This document shows, in pieces, positions 1 through 9,294 of a stretch of DNA of 35,780 nt. The position numbers and the translations under genes were made by a program. The DNA is from Planctomycetota bacterium. GTDB taxonomy: Bacteria > Planctomycetota > Phycisphaerae > SM23-33. How positions within the stretch are numbered: the first letter of the stretch is position 1; each line of letters opens with the position of its first letter. The DNA lies in the NCBI GenBank assembly GCA_034190305.1, contig JAXHSV010000003.1, positions 1 to 35,780 of the forward strand, given 5' to 3'. The notes beneath the pieces were generated by a model. That model was not told the DNA's origin. It saw only the letters and a program-made list of their open reading frames with translations, and ran no database searches.

Positions 1-85
1 CCAGCCGTCGTCGTCGGGCGACTCGTCCTTGGTCGGCGTGGGAATGGATGTGTGTACACTAATAGTCTCGACAAGTTCGTCCGGC

Positions 86-301
86 GACGACGGCTGGTGG
101 CTGGCGGCTGCGATACCCTTTGCCGTAATTTCCCAAATTGCAGGCAGGAAGATCGCGCCGAAATCGGGGACACACTGGCGGGCGAACTTCTATCGCTGCG
201 GCGGAAAAACCGACCCGCAGGCAGCCTGCTGGAACCCGATAGACCTTCCGGAACAAGACTACCACAGACCTGAGTTCTTCGGAAACCTGTCGTTCGAATA
301 G
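86..301 (+). CDS. C-terminal part of a carbohydrate-binding family 9-like / DOMON-like protein (5'-truncated; the preceding codons appear inverted at 1-84)
   Basis: Translation DDGWWLAAAIPF...WRANFYRCGG...WNPI...DYHRPEFFG resembles the C-terminus of CBM9-like proteins; stop TAG at 299-301. Confidence 0.7.
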   Translation, partial: DDGWWLAAAIPFAVISQIAGRKIAPKSGTHWRANFYRCGGKTDPQAACWNPIDLPEQDYHRPEFFGNLSFE

Positions 302-409
302 ATTATCCGCCGCACCTGTATTCCGGCTTTAATGCTGCAACGATCTTGCATGTCTGATTGTTTGGCGGGATAATTTAAGTGTGTCGGTACGAATTGGAGA
401 ATTGATAAT

Positions 410-634
410 ATGGTAACGCATAACTTTACGGCTGCGATTTATCGTGAAGGCGACGGCTTCGTAGCGTTGTGCCCCGAACTGGACGTTGCCAGTCAGGGCG
501 ACACGCTTCAGCAGGCCCGGTCCAATCTCCGCGAAGCGGTCGAGTTGTTCCTCGAGACCGCCGGGGAGTCTGAAATCGCCGACCGCCTGCATGGCGAGGT
601 TTATCTGACGGGTCTGGAGGTCAGCGTTGGGTAG
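410..634 (+). CDS. hicB: Type II toxin-antitoxin antitoxin, HicB family (short form)
   Basis: 74 aa with the HicB pattern FVALCPELDVASQGDTLQQARSNLREAVELFLE; GGAG ribosome-binding site upstream. Confidence 0.85.
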   Translation: MVTHNFTAAIYREGDGFVALCPELDVASQGDTLQQARSNLREAVELFLETAGESEIADRLHGEVYLTGLEVSVG

Positions 635-849
635 GCTGCGAGTTCTGTCAGGTAGTGAGGTTGTGGAAATCCTGCAAACCCAGGGATTTGCAGGAAGTCC
701 GTCGGCGGGGCAGTCACATCGCTATGCAAAAAAAAATACAGTCCTCAACGATTACCGTGCCTGTTCCGGATCATAAGGAAATCAGACGAGGTACTCTTTC
801 AGCCATCATTCGCCAAAGCCAACTTCCGCGAACGCTCTTTGAGTCATAG
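627..849 (+). pseudogene. hicA: HicA-family mRNA interferase toxin with a one-base insertion near 690
   Basis: TTG at 627 (GGAGG upstream) reads MGRLRVLSGSEVVEILQTQGF; the continuation QEVRRRGSHIAMQK...VPVPDHKEIRRGTLSAIIRQ (GSH motif) is in the next frame from 691. Confidence 0.8.
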
Positions 850-862
850 ATGTCGGCGTCGC

Positions 863-2041
863 CTAACCCTTCAGCACGTCGGTAAGTATCGTCAGGCCGG
901 CGTCAAGTTCGGCGTCGGTGATTGTCAGCGGCGGAGCCAGTCGGAGGACGTTGTTTTTGGCCACGCAGACCAACAGACCTCGGTCCATGCAGGCCGACAT
1001 GATCTCCTTTACCGGACGAGCGGGGGCGAATTGCATACCGATCAGCACGCCGGCGCCGCGGATGACCTTGAGAGAGTCTGTGTTCGTCTCGCGGATCGTC
1101 CGAGTGATTTTTTGCCCCAGGTTTTCCGCACGTTCGAGGAGGTTGTCGTCTTCGATGAGTTTCATCGTCGCAGCCCCGGCTGCGGCGCAGAGCGGATTTC
1201 CGCCCATCGTGCATCCGTGGGTCCCGGGTACCAGGACGTCGGCGTATTTCGGCGATGCGACACATGCTCCGACCGGCAGCCCGCCGCCGACGGCCTTGGC
1301 CAGTGTCATCACGTCCGGTTCGATGCCGTAGTGCTGGTATGCAAACCACCTGCCCGTCCGCGCCGGCGCCGTCCATACCTCGTCGCAGACCAGCAGCAGG
1401 TCCTTTTCGTCGCACAGCGTCCGCAGGCCCTGCATAAACTCAACGGTCGGAACGTTGATGCCGCCCTCTGCCTGGATGGGCTCGACGAATACGCCGGCAG
1501 TTTCGTCATCGACCGCATCGGCGACGGCTTCGAGGTCGCAGTAATCGACCTTGACGTTACCGGGGAGCATCGGCTCGAAACCTTTCTGGAACGATTCAGG
1601 CGTCAGCGACAGCGAGCCCATCGTCCTGCCATGGAAGCAGTTATTAAACGAGATGATCTTGTACCGGCCCGGTCCCGCAGCCAGTCGGACAAGTTTCAAG
1701 GCGGCTTCGTTCGCCTCGGCGCCGCTGTGGCAGAAGAAGACCTTCCCGCCGAAGGCGTTTTCGGTAATTCGCCGGGCAAGTTCAACCTGAGGTGCGTTTG
1801 TGAAGAGATTGCCGTGCGACAGGAGCATCTCAGCCTGATTCTTTATGGCCGAAACGACAGCAGGATGACAGTGCCCGGTAACTCCGCCGCCGCCGAAACC
1901 GGCGAAGAAGTCCAGATACTCGGTTCCGTCGGCGTCCCATATTTTCGCACCGGACCCGCGAACCATCGCCACCGGCAACCGGCCGTAGTTCTCAATGATG
2001 TACTTGTTCGTCAGTTTCACAAGTTCCGTATTTTTCGACAT
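863..2041 (-). CDS. argD: Acetylornithine aminotransferase (class III PLP-dependent)
   Basis: Motifs SGAEANEAALK, FHGRT, EPIQAEGG, DEVWT, PDVMTLAKAVGGG and HGCTMGGNP. Confidence 0.9.
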   Translation of the reverse strand: MSKNTELVKLTNKYIIENYGRLPVAMVRGSGAKIWDADGTEYLDFFAGFGGGGVTGHCHPAVVSAIKNQAEMLLSHGNLFTNAPQVELARRITENAFGGKVFFCHSGAEANEAALKLVRLAAGPGRYKIISFNNCFHGRTMGSLSLTPESFQKGFEPMLPGNVKVDYCDLEAVADAVDDETAGVFVEPIQAEGGINVPTVEFMQGLRTLCDEKDLLLVCDEVWTAPARTGRWFAYQHYGIEPDVMTLAKAVGGGLPVGACVASPKYADVLVPGTHGCTMGGNPLCAAAGAATMKLIEDDNLLERAENLGQKITRTIRETNTDSLKVIRGAGVLIGMQFAPARPVKEIMSACMDRGLLVCVAKNNVLRLAPPLTITDAELDAGLTILTDVLKG

Positions 2042-2149
2042 GGTTGTTTCCTCTAAAACCTCAAAGGGATATTCTTGGTAAATCAGACATTTGGGGGAAG
2101 TATAACGTTTTACTTTATGTGGGCCATTTGATTTATGTGGAATTTTTCC

Positions 2150-2178
2150 TTGCGTCTGACCGAAAAACGGGCTATGTT
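2150..2178 (+). promoter_or_regulatory. Putative sigma70-type promoter of rpmH
   Basis: TTGCGT-N17-TATGTT about 55 nt upstream of the rpmH start. Confidence 0.45.
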
Positions 2179-2233
2179 ACAATTTCTGCAAAGATGCCCG
2201 GACGCGAAATAATCGAGAATCGAAGGTTCTTTT

Positions 2234-2368
2234 ATGCACTATCCACACAAAATATCGAAACGTCGTCGCGCCCGCCGGATCGGTTTCCGCGCGCGAATGC
2301 GGACACGTAACGGCCGAAAGATCATCAACTCCAAACGCCGCGCAGGACGACAAGCGCAGGCGGTCTGA
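2234..2368 (+). CDS. rpmH: 50S ribosomal protein L34 (not in the ORF track)
   Basis: Hand translation MHYPHKISKRRRARRIGFRARMRTRNGRKIINSKRRAGRQAQAV; L34 signature GFRARMxTxxGRxIxxxRRxxGR. Confidence 0.92.
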   Translation: MHYPHKISKRRRARRIGFRARMRTRNGRKIINSKRRAGRQAQAV

Positions 2369-2370
2369 CA

Positions 2371-2487
2371 AAAAAGAATATCGAACAATGAATGCAGGAA
2401 TGGCGAATTCCGAAGTGTAAAAAACTTCAAAGCATTATGCTCGCCTTGAAATTCGACATTCAGTGTTCATTATTCGATATTCTTTTT
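2371..2487. repeat. Long inverted repeat between convergent rpmH and metK; possible bidirectional terminator or REP-like element
   Basis: AAAAAGAATATCGAACAATGAA (2371-2392) matches the reverse complement of 2466-2487 at 21/22; A-run on the left, T-run on the right. Confidence 0.7.
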
Positions 2488-2492
2488 ATGCT

Positions 2493-3719
2493 TTACATCC
2501 CGCAGGCCTTTCGCAGTTGGCGGACCTTATCGGTCCTTTCCCATGTGAAATTTCTTCCCGTTCTTCCGAAGTGTCCGTTGCGGGCAGTCTCTTCGTAGAT
2601 TGGTCGAAGCAGATTCAGGTAGTCGATTATCTCTGAGGGCGTCAGGGGGAAAGTATCTCTGACGGCCTTTGCCAGCAGGTGATGCTCAACTGTTTCGGTC
2701 CCGCCGCAATCGACAAGGACGCTTATGGGTTCGGCTACGCCGATTGCGTATGACAATTGCACCTCGCACGCCTTTGCCAGTCCGGCGGCGACGACATTCT
2801 TGGCGATATGCCTGGCCATGTAGGAGGCGGAGCGATCGACCTTGGACGGGTCTTTCCCGCTGAAGGCGCCTCCTCCGTGGCTGCCTCGCCCGCCGTAGGT
2901 ATCGACGATAATCTTTCTTCCGGTCAGTCCTGTATCGCCGTGAGGCCCGCCGATGACGAATTTGCCTGTGGGATTGATGTGATATTTTATTTTGTTGGAC
3001 CACAACTGCGGGCAGAGTTCACGGACCACGGGTTTGACGATCTTTGCGATGAGTCTTTCCCTCGCCTTTTGCGTAATCGTGTCTGTTCGCGGGTTGACGA
3101 CGCTTTCGTCGTGCTGTGTTGACAACACAACGGTCAACAGGCGGTAGGGCGTATTACCGCGATATTCGATGGTTACCTGGCTTTTCCCGTCGGGTCGGAG
3201 CCAGTGGATTTCGCCGCTTTCGCGCGCCTCGGTCAGACGGGCGGTAAGGCGATGGGCCAGTTGTATCGGCAGAGGCATCATAGCCTTTGTATCCCTGCAG
3301 GCGAAACCGAACATCAATCCCTGGTCGCCGGCGCCCTGTTCTTTCTTTTTCTTTCGGTCCACGCCGCGGGCGATGTCGGCGGACTGACTATGCAGGCTCC
3401 GAATCACCGCGCAACTTCGATAATCAAATCCCGTAGCGGGGTCGTCGTATCCTATGTCGCGGATGACCCTGCGGGCTGTCTCTTCTGCCGATAACAGTGC
3501 CATCCGGGCCTTGGAGTTATGCACAGTAACCTCGCCGGCCAGAACGACCAGACCGGTGGTTACAAGAGTCTCGCAGGCGACGTGCGCCTTCGGGTCCGCC
3601 GCTATCAGCAAATCCACAATGGCATCGGATATCTGATCGGAGACTTTGTCGGGATGCCCCTTGGTAACTGACTCACTGGTAAAAAGGTGTCTCGGAATGT
3701 TTCTACCTAATGCCGGCAC
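2493..3719 (-). CDS. metK: S-adenosylmethionine synthetase
   Basis: [28 protein letters not shown] and [16 protein letters not shown] motifs; GTG start with AGGAG RBS. Confidence 0.97.
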   Translation of the reverse strand: MPALGRNIPRHLFTSESVTKGHPDKVSDQISDAIVDLLIAADPKAHVACETLVTTGLVVLAGEVTVHNSKARMALLSAEETARRVIRDIGYDDPATGFDYRSCAVIRSLHSQSADIARGVDRKKKKEQGAGDQGLMFGFACRDTKAMMPLPIQLAHRLTARLTEARESGEIHWLRPDGKSQVTIEYRGNTPYRLLTVVLSTQHDESVVNPRTDTITQKARERLIAKIVKPVVRELCPQLWSNKIKYHINPTGKFVIGGPHGDTGLTGRKIIVDTYGGRGSHGGGAFSGKDPSKVDRSASYMARHIAKNVVAAGLAKACEVQLSYAIGVAEPISVLVDCGGTETVEHHLLAKAVRDTFPLTPSEIIDYLNLLRPIYEETARNGHFGRTGRNFTWERTDKVRQLRKACGM

Positions 3720-3733
3720 GTTATGCTCCTTTC

Positions 3734-3817
3734 AGTCCACGGATTACACAGATTACACGGATATAAAAACAACAGAAACAACGAATTAAGTCCACGAATT
3801 ACACGAATTACACGAAT
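3734..3817. repeat. Two 29-bp direct repeats built from 9-bp tandem units (ACRRATTAC)
   Basis: AGTCCACGGATTACACAGATTACACGGAT (3734-3762) and AGTCCACGAATTACACGAATTACACGAAT (3789-3817), 25/29 identical. Confidence 0.8.
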
Positions 3818-3829
3818 AAATCAACCTTC

Positions 3830-4906
3830 TTATGCGTGGAGGGTTTTAATCAGCGTTCCGTAGCGGGCGATTTTTTTACTGTCCACTTCCACGCCCAGGC
3901 CGGGACCTCTAATGGGTTTGAGCCTTCCGCCGTATCCGAAGCGGAGGCTTCGTTTCGTCAGGTCGTCGGAAAGAAGGAACCTGCCGTAGTTACCCTCAAC
4001 GAACCTGGGATTCACGGGGTTTGACAGAAGAGACCTTTGAGCGGCAGAGAGTATTCCGCTCTCGCCGACCATGCATCCGAGCGTGTAGGGGACTCCGTAC
4101 TTATCAGCCAGGCTGCATAAACAACCAGCCGGGGAAAGCCCGCCGTTCTTGCTGATGCGGATGTTCCACCAGAGACGATGAGGTTCTTTCAGAAGTATTC
4201 GAGCATCCTCTATTTTCAGCAGCGATTCGTCGGCCATCAGCGGCAGGTCGCATCGTTGCGCCAGTTCGATAAGCGTTTCCGGTGGACCGAATACCGGCTG
4301 CTCCACGACACAGACACCGAAGGGCTTTAGTGCGCCGATGCGCTCCGGCGTCTCATCGGCAGTCCATCCTCCGTTGGCATCGACGCGGAGCGTGCACTTG
4401 CCGGTTTGAATCGCTTTACCGATTTGCTTCTGAACGATTCGGAGGTTTTCGGTATCGGTCTCGTCGCCGAAGCCGAGTTTGAGTTTGAAGTTACGCAGGC
4501 CGAAGACCCGCATCATTCGCAGGCGTTTTCCCGTCCTGTCCGGGTCGGACGATCCCAGTACGCCGCTGACGCGGACGCCCGGCCGGATAGGCCCGCCGAG
4601 GGACTTTCCTTCGGACTTGGCGAAAGCGTCCGTCCTGGAAAGGTCCAGTGCGCAGGCGGCGGCTGTCGCACCGGAGGCCTCGATGTGGTTCCGAAATAAT
4701 TTTTCGATGTCCGAAGGGACTGACTCGATGGTTTCGCCGGTAACGTACCGGCGAGGGAGCGTCTCGCCCCATCCGGACGAACCATCGGATAATTCCAGCC
4801 TGACGACAATTGCTTCTGCCGAATCTCGCGCAGCGGCAGCGTGCTCGAAGGACCGCATGGGAATCGCGGTGCGGTATATGTCCAGTTTTACCGGTCGGAT
4901 GCTCAC
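3830..4906 (-). CDS. Enolase-superfamily enzyme (muconate cycloisomerase / dipeptide epimerase-like); start uncertain, ORF open to 4969
   Basis: GWGE in the capping domain, FKLK, RVDANGGW, EQP, ADES and GPGLG motifs. Confidence 0.8.
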   Translation of the reverse strand: MSIRPVKLDIYRTAIPMRSFEHAAAARDSAEAIVVRLELSDGSSGWGETLPRRYVTGETIESVPSDIEKLFRNHIEASGATAAACALDLSRTDAFAKSEGKSLGGPIRPGVRVSGVLGSSDPDRTGKRLRMMRVFGLRNFKLKLGFGDETDTENLRIVQKQIGKAIQTGKCTLRVDANGGWTADETPERIGALKPFGVCVVEQPVFGPPETLIELAQRCDLPLMADESLLKIEDARILLKEPHRLWWNIRISKNGGLSPAGCLCSLADKYGVPYTLGCMVGESGILSAAQRSLLSNPVNPRFVEGNYGRFLLSDDLTKRSLRFGYGGRLKPIRGPGLGVEVDSKKIARYGTLIKTLHA

Positions 4907-5074
4907 GACGGGCAGATTAGACAAGCGGCGCCGAAATCGCAAGAGGAGACGGTTTGCAGGATAGCGCAAAAAATTTCCAAATTTCCGGTTTTACAGTGGA
5001 CTTACCTGCTTGAGCGGCGTATCTACCCCGAAGTTACAAAGTTATCAGGCTTTTTTACCGGGTTGCCCCGAAAT

Positions 5075-6694
5075 ATGTCCTGGCGTAATAAAACTTTTGA
5101 GGTTCTTCCGGCATTGAGCGTCCGTCGGCGCGACCTCCGCTCGTCGTTGCGGACGGTAACGATCGCGTGGATGTTCGGCATCGTATGGATGGCGTGCATC
5201 TCCGGCAGTCAGATGACGCTTTTCTGTCGGATGCTGGGATTCACCAATCGCGACTTCGGGATACTGGCTGCTATTCCATGGGCGGCTACGCTTGCACAAT
5301 TGGTTGCATCCGTCGCCATCGAGCGAACAGGTCTGCGAAAGTACCCTGTCATCTTCTATGCCAGTGCTCATCGTCTGCTGTGGTTGGCGATTGCGCTTGT
5401 GCCTTTTGTGCTCAATCCCGGCAGGGGGGCCGTTGTGATGTTCATGACCATCTTCGGGACCAGTTGCGTACTGGCCCACATGAGCGTTCCTCGATGGCAC
5501 ATGTGGATGAGCGACCTGATTCCCCGGCGCATCCGCGGGCGATACTTCGCCGCCCGCAGCCTCTGGACGCTTCCGATCCAGGTAGTCGTGGTCATCGCCG
5601 CCGGGATTCTCCTGGACCGCGCCGTAATTTCCGATGCGCCTATGACAGTCCAGGCCCAGCCGGTGCTGCTTTGGACTATCTGCGGCATCTTCGCCGTTGC
5701 GGCAGTTTTTGGTGCCGTTGACTCACTCTTGCACCTGCGGATTCGTGAAATTGTCTCACCGGCGCTGGCGGACCATCCGCTCGTCCGGCGGAAGGGAAGC
5801 CTGCTGGCGGGCATAAGTAAATCGCTGATTGAACCGGTTCGCATCATCGTCGGGTCGTTCCGCGACCGCAACTTTCGCCATTATGCCATCTATTGCGCCA
5901 CCATCACCTTTTCCATGACCGTCAGTGGGCAGTTCTTCTGGCTCAACGCACTTGAGAACATCGGATACAGCAAACTGGGTGCGAACATAGTCTTCCTGGT
6001 CTGCGGGGCTGTCAGTTCACTTCTGATGGTTCGCCTGTGGGGCAGATTGGTTGATCGGTGGGGACGCCGGCCTATCCTTATCCTCGCTACTGTCGGGGTG
6101 GTCTTTATCCCAATCTTATGGCTCCTGATACCATCCGCCCGGGCGGTTCCGGGGCATATGTCACTGGCTTTGCCTTCCGGTTTTCCTGCGGTGAAGATTT
6201 CCGTCCACATATTACTGGCCTATATAATCGGCGCCGCATCGTGCATGCTGGGCGGGGCCTTGTGGGCCGGCGTAACCCTGGCCCAGACCGGCATTGTTCT
6301 GGGTTTTTCCGAGACTGCCGGAAAGAGCAAGTACATGGCCGCCGCTGCCGTCGCCGCAGCGTCCGGCGGATTCGCCGGTGGTTTGACCGGAGGGGAGATC
6401 GCCGAGTTCTTCGAATATCTCCAGAAAAAGCCTATCTGCTTCGGACCGTTCCAGTGGATCAACTATCACATGACGTTCCTTGCAGCCTTGGCTGGGCGGG
6501 TTGCAGCAATCTTCTGCCTGATAGGAATGCCCGATCCGGGCGCAAAGTCCTTCCGGGACGTGGTCAGGCAAATGAGATTCAACGCATACAACAACGTAAT
6601 GACACGCATGTTCTGGCGCATTAGGACATCGGGTTTCCGACGCAAGCGTCACAACCATACCGGTGAAGGCAAAGACACCGACCAGTCGGCGTAG
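5075..6694 (+). CDS. Major facilitator superfamily transporter
   Basis: About 12 hydrophobic segments; WMSDLIPRRIRGRYF and WGRLVDRWGRRP loop motifs. ATG 5075 chosen to avoid overlapping the divergent gene. Confidence 0.85.
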   Translation: MSWRNKTFEVLPALSVRRRDLRSSLRTVTIAWMFGIVWMACISGSQMTLFCRMLGFTNRDFGILAAIPWAATLAQLVASVAIERTGLRKYPVIFYASAHRLLWLAIALVPFVLNPGRGAVVMFMTIFGTSCVLAHMSVPRWHMWMSDLIPRRIRGRYFAARSLWTLPIQVVVVIAAGILLDRAVISDAPMTVQAQPVLLWTICGIFAVAAVFGAVDSLLHLRIREIVSPALADHPLVRRKGSLLAGISKSLIEPVRIIVGSFRDRNFRHYAIYCATITFSMTVSGQFFWLNALENIGYSKLGANIVFLVCGAVSSLLMVRLWGRLVDRWGRRPILILATVGVVFIPILWLLIPSARAVPGHMSLALPSGFPAVKISVHILLAYIIGAASCMLGGALWAGVTLAQTGIVLGFSETAGKSKYMAAAAVAAASGGFAGGLTGGEIAEFFEYLQKKPICFGPFQWINYHMTFLAALAGRVAAIFCLIGMPDPGAKSFRDVVRQMRFNAYNNVMTRMFWRIRTSGFRRKRHNHTGEGKDTDQSA

Positions 6695-6739
6695 CATCAG
6701 ACGCTTCAGTTGCAAAGGAATGAGCGGTACAATCCGAAT

Positions 6740-7303
6740 ATGGGTATTGAGATCGAAGTAAAATTCCGCCTTGCCGACCCGGCGGCTATTCGCGAGAAGG
6801 TGCTTTCAGCCGGGGCCGAAGCGATTGGGAAGGTGCTGGAAGAGAACACCTATTTCGATACATCTGACGCCCGCCTTCGCCAAAGCGACTGCGGGCTGAG
6901 AATCCGGACCGTCAGACCGCTCGACGGCGGGTCGGGACGAAGCACTCTTACTTATAAAGGACCCCGGCGGGCGGGTGAACTGAAGATCCGCACCGAGGAG
7001 GAGACGGCCATAGACTCACCCGCAGCCGCACGTGAAATATTATCGGCTTTGGGATATAAAGCGACGGTTTCGTTCCAGAAGCGGCGGGAGAGTTTCCGCC
7101 TCGGTGCCGCACGAATCGAACTGGACGAACTTCCGGGACTGGGATTCTTCATGGAAATCGAAGCCGACGACGAAAAAACAGTCCAGGCCGCCCGAAAAAT
7201 ACTCGACCTTACCGGCGGACCGACCATTACAAAGACCTATGTCGAAATAGTGGCAGAACACCTTGTTGCCGAAACAAAGGAGACCGACGTTCTGCGGTTT
7301 TAA
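6740..7303 (+). CDS. cyaB: CYTH-domain protein / class IV adenylate cyclase (CyaB-like)
   Basis: N-terminal EIEVK (ExExK) motif, NTYFD, LRIR, LTYKGP, KRRE and GFFMEIE. Confidence 0.8.
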   Translation: MGIEIEVKFRLADPAAIREKVLSAGAEAIGKVLEENTYFDTSDARLRQSDCGLRIRTVRPLDGGSGRSTLTYKGPRRAGELKIRTEEETAIDSPAAAREILSALGYKATVSFQKRRESFRLGAARIELDELPGLGFFMEIEADDEKTVQAARKILDLTGGPTITKTYVEIVAEHLVAETKETDVLRF

Positions 7304-7994
7304 TTACACTTCGATGACCGTCCCCGCTCCGATCTCGATGAAGTCGTCGCCGTACTGCTCCCTGAAAACGGCGATGGCCTTTTCGCCGGTGCAATGGCAG
7401 GCGCCGGTGCGCCTGACGCCGAGCTTGCGAAAGGCCTTTATGGTTTCGAGCGTTTCGTCCCGCGGTTGTTCCATGAGATGGACCCCCCCCGAAAACCAGG
7501 TCTATCGGACCCGGCATGTTTTTATGAATGTTCTCCAATATAGGGACGGGGTCGGGGTGCGCACAGCCGGTAACGACGACGAGTCCCGCTTCGGTTTTTA
7601 TCACCAGCGCCTGCTCGCGTGTGGGATAGCAGCCTGTTACGAAGACGTCGGGCCCAACCTCGGTGAAACCTTCTGCTGAGATTACCTCGGCTCCCCGGCT
7701 GCGGACTTGCTCGACGAACTCATCGCGGAAATCGGAATGCAGCACGACACGGACGGACGGATTCCGCTCCAGAAATCCCATCAGTGCACCGGTGTGGTCT
7801 TCATCCCTGTGGGACAGCGCGACCGTTTTTATCTGTTCGGGACTGACGCCCGCCCGTGAAAGATTATTCAGCAATGCCTCGGCGGTTTCTCCCGTGTCGA
7901 ATAATATGTCTTCGCCGATTATGCAGGCAAACCCCCACTCACATGTAAAACCTTCAACAGCGACCTTGTTGTCTGTGATCACCTGAAGTTTCAC
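7304..7994 (-). pseudogene. MBL-fold metallo-hydrolase (7,8-dihydropterin-methyltransferase-like family), frameshifted in a G8 tract
   Basis: EWGF, ILFDTG, LSHRDEDHTG and VTGCAHP motifs. Removing one G from the tract (C run at 7483-7490 on +) restores GGVHL...GACHCTG...IGAGTVIEV-stop at 7304. Confidence 0.8.
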
Positions 7995-8014
7995 GTTCGC
8001 ACCCCCTTCCGGGA

Positions 8015-9115
8015 TCATTCGGTCTTTTCGACCGCCTCTGCGACAAGGTCACCGACCTCGGTGGTGGTGAACCCCATTTTACCAGCCGATTGTGATTTCA
8101 TTTTCGGAGTTACGGACCTTATAGCCGATTCGACCCGCCGGCCCGCCTCGGCGAGTTCATCGTCGCCGGTGTTCTGACCCGTCTCTCGCAGCAGCATCGC
8201 CATAGCGGCAATCGCGGCGATTGGGTTGATGACGTTCTTACCGGTGTATTTCGGGGCAGAACCGCCGATCGGCTCGAACATGCTGACACCGGCGGGGTTG
8301 ATGTTCCCACCGGCGGCGACACCCATGCCGCCCTGGATAATCGCGCCAAGGTCGGTGATTATGTCGCCGAACATATTGCACACGACGATCGTATCGTAAA
8401 ATTCGGGGTTCTTGACGAACCACATGCAGCAGGCATCGACATGGTTATAATCGGTCTCGATGTCGGCGTACTCGGATGCCACTTCGTTAAACGCCCGCCA
8501 CCACAGGTCGTGGGCGAATGTCAGGACGTTGTTCTTTGCCACCAGCGTCAGGTGTTTCCTGTCGTTTCGCCGACGGCACAGTTCGAATGCGTAGCGTATG
8601 GCGCGCTCCACGCCCCGGCGCGTATTGCACATTATCTGCGTAGCCACTTCGTTGGGCGTGTCCTTGTACTGAATGCCGCCCATCCCGGTGTAGAGGCCCT
8701 CGGTGTTCTCGCGGACGACGACGAAGTCGATGTCATCCGGGCCTTTTCCGACCAGAGGGCACGGCACGCCGGGATAGAGCGTTACCGGGCGGAGGTTGAC
8801 GTATTGGTCCAGCGCGAAACGCAGACGAAGAAGCAACCCCTTCTCCAGTATGCCCGGGGCTACGTCGGGATGACCGACCGCGCCGAGATATATCGCGTCG
8901 AAGGTTTTCAGTTCTTCGATTTCTTCCTCGTGAATGACGGGTATGGACGGTTCGGCCGGGTCGCCGCCGTCGGCGAGGTACCTGTCGCCGCTTACGTTAA
9001 AATCCTTCGTCTTGTAATCGAAACCGACCTTATCGGATGCGGCTTTGAGGACTTTAAGTCCCTCCGCCACCACTTCCGGGCCTGTCCCGTCGCCGCCTAT
9101 GACTGCTATTCTCAT
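8015..9115 (-). CDS. leuB: 3-isopropylmalate dehydrogenase
   Basis: [36 protein letters not shown] and FEPIGGSAP motifs. Confidence 0.9.
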   Translation of the reverse strand: MRIAVIGGDGTGPEVVAEGLKVLKAASDKVGFDYKTKDFNVSGDRYLADGGDPAEPSIPVIHEEEIEELKTFDAIYLGAVGHPDVAPGILEKGLLLRLRFALDQYVNLRPVTLYPGVPCPLVGKGPDDIDFVVVRENTEGLYTGMGGIQYKDTPNEVATQIMCNTRRGVERAIRYAFELCRRRNDRKHLTLVAKNNVLTFAHDLWWRAFNEVASEYADIETDYNHVDACCMWFVKNPEFYDTIVVCNMFGDIITDLGAIIQGGMGVAAGGNINPAGVSMFEPIGGSAPKYTGKNVINPIAAIAAMAMLLRETGQNTGDDELAEAGRRVESAIRSVTPKMKSQSAGKMGFTTTEVGDLVAEAVEKTE

Positions 9116-9159
9116 CTATGCACCTATCGCCTTTCTCTTTGCTTATCAGCAATGTGCGG

Positions 9160-9188
9160 AGTTTACCTGCCGGAAGACCCTCTGACAA
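9160..9188 (-). promoter_or_regulatory. Putative sigma70-type promoter of leuB
   Basis: TTGTCA-N17-TAAACT on the minus strand, about 45 nt upstream of the leuB ATG. Confidence 0.5.
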
Positions 9189-9294
9189 GGCTTATGGTAA
9201 ACCACCAAGGCGCCGCATTTCACATTCCCGATATTTCAGTTTCTTCGGATTTCACAAAGTAGTTTGATATCTGAAGGGCGCGAATTCATGCTCA

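Noticed and set aside
839-2056. 405-aa plus-strand ORF, and similar long antisense ORFs (8441-9262, 15267-16301, 20755-21585, 28208-29374, 32979-34127)
   Set aside because: They shadow well-supported genes on the opposite strand, have no recognisable motifs, and are expected in GC-rich coding DNA.
2114-2140. TTTATGTGG direct repeat between argD and rpmH as an ArgR box
   Set aside because: It is not the palindromic ARG-box pattern, and two 9-mers in AT-rich DNA are too weak to call.
3720-3830. SAM riboswitch or CRISPR array upstream of metK
   Set aside because: No SAM-riboswitch core or stems are visible; only two repeat copies, each made of tandem 9-mers, and no cas genes nearby.
4841-5074. 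N-terminal extension of the MFS ORF
   Set aside because: It overlaps the divergent enolase-family gene and promoter space; ATG 5075 gives a more plausible start.
7227-7482. Arg-rich C-terminus of the 263-aa ORF in the track
   Set aside because: Out-of-frame product after the G8 tract; it overlaps the convergent CYTH gene, and the conserved C-terminus is in another frame.
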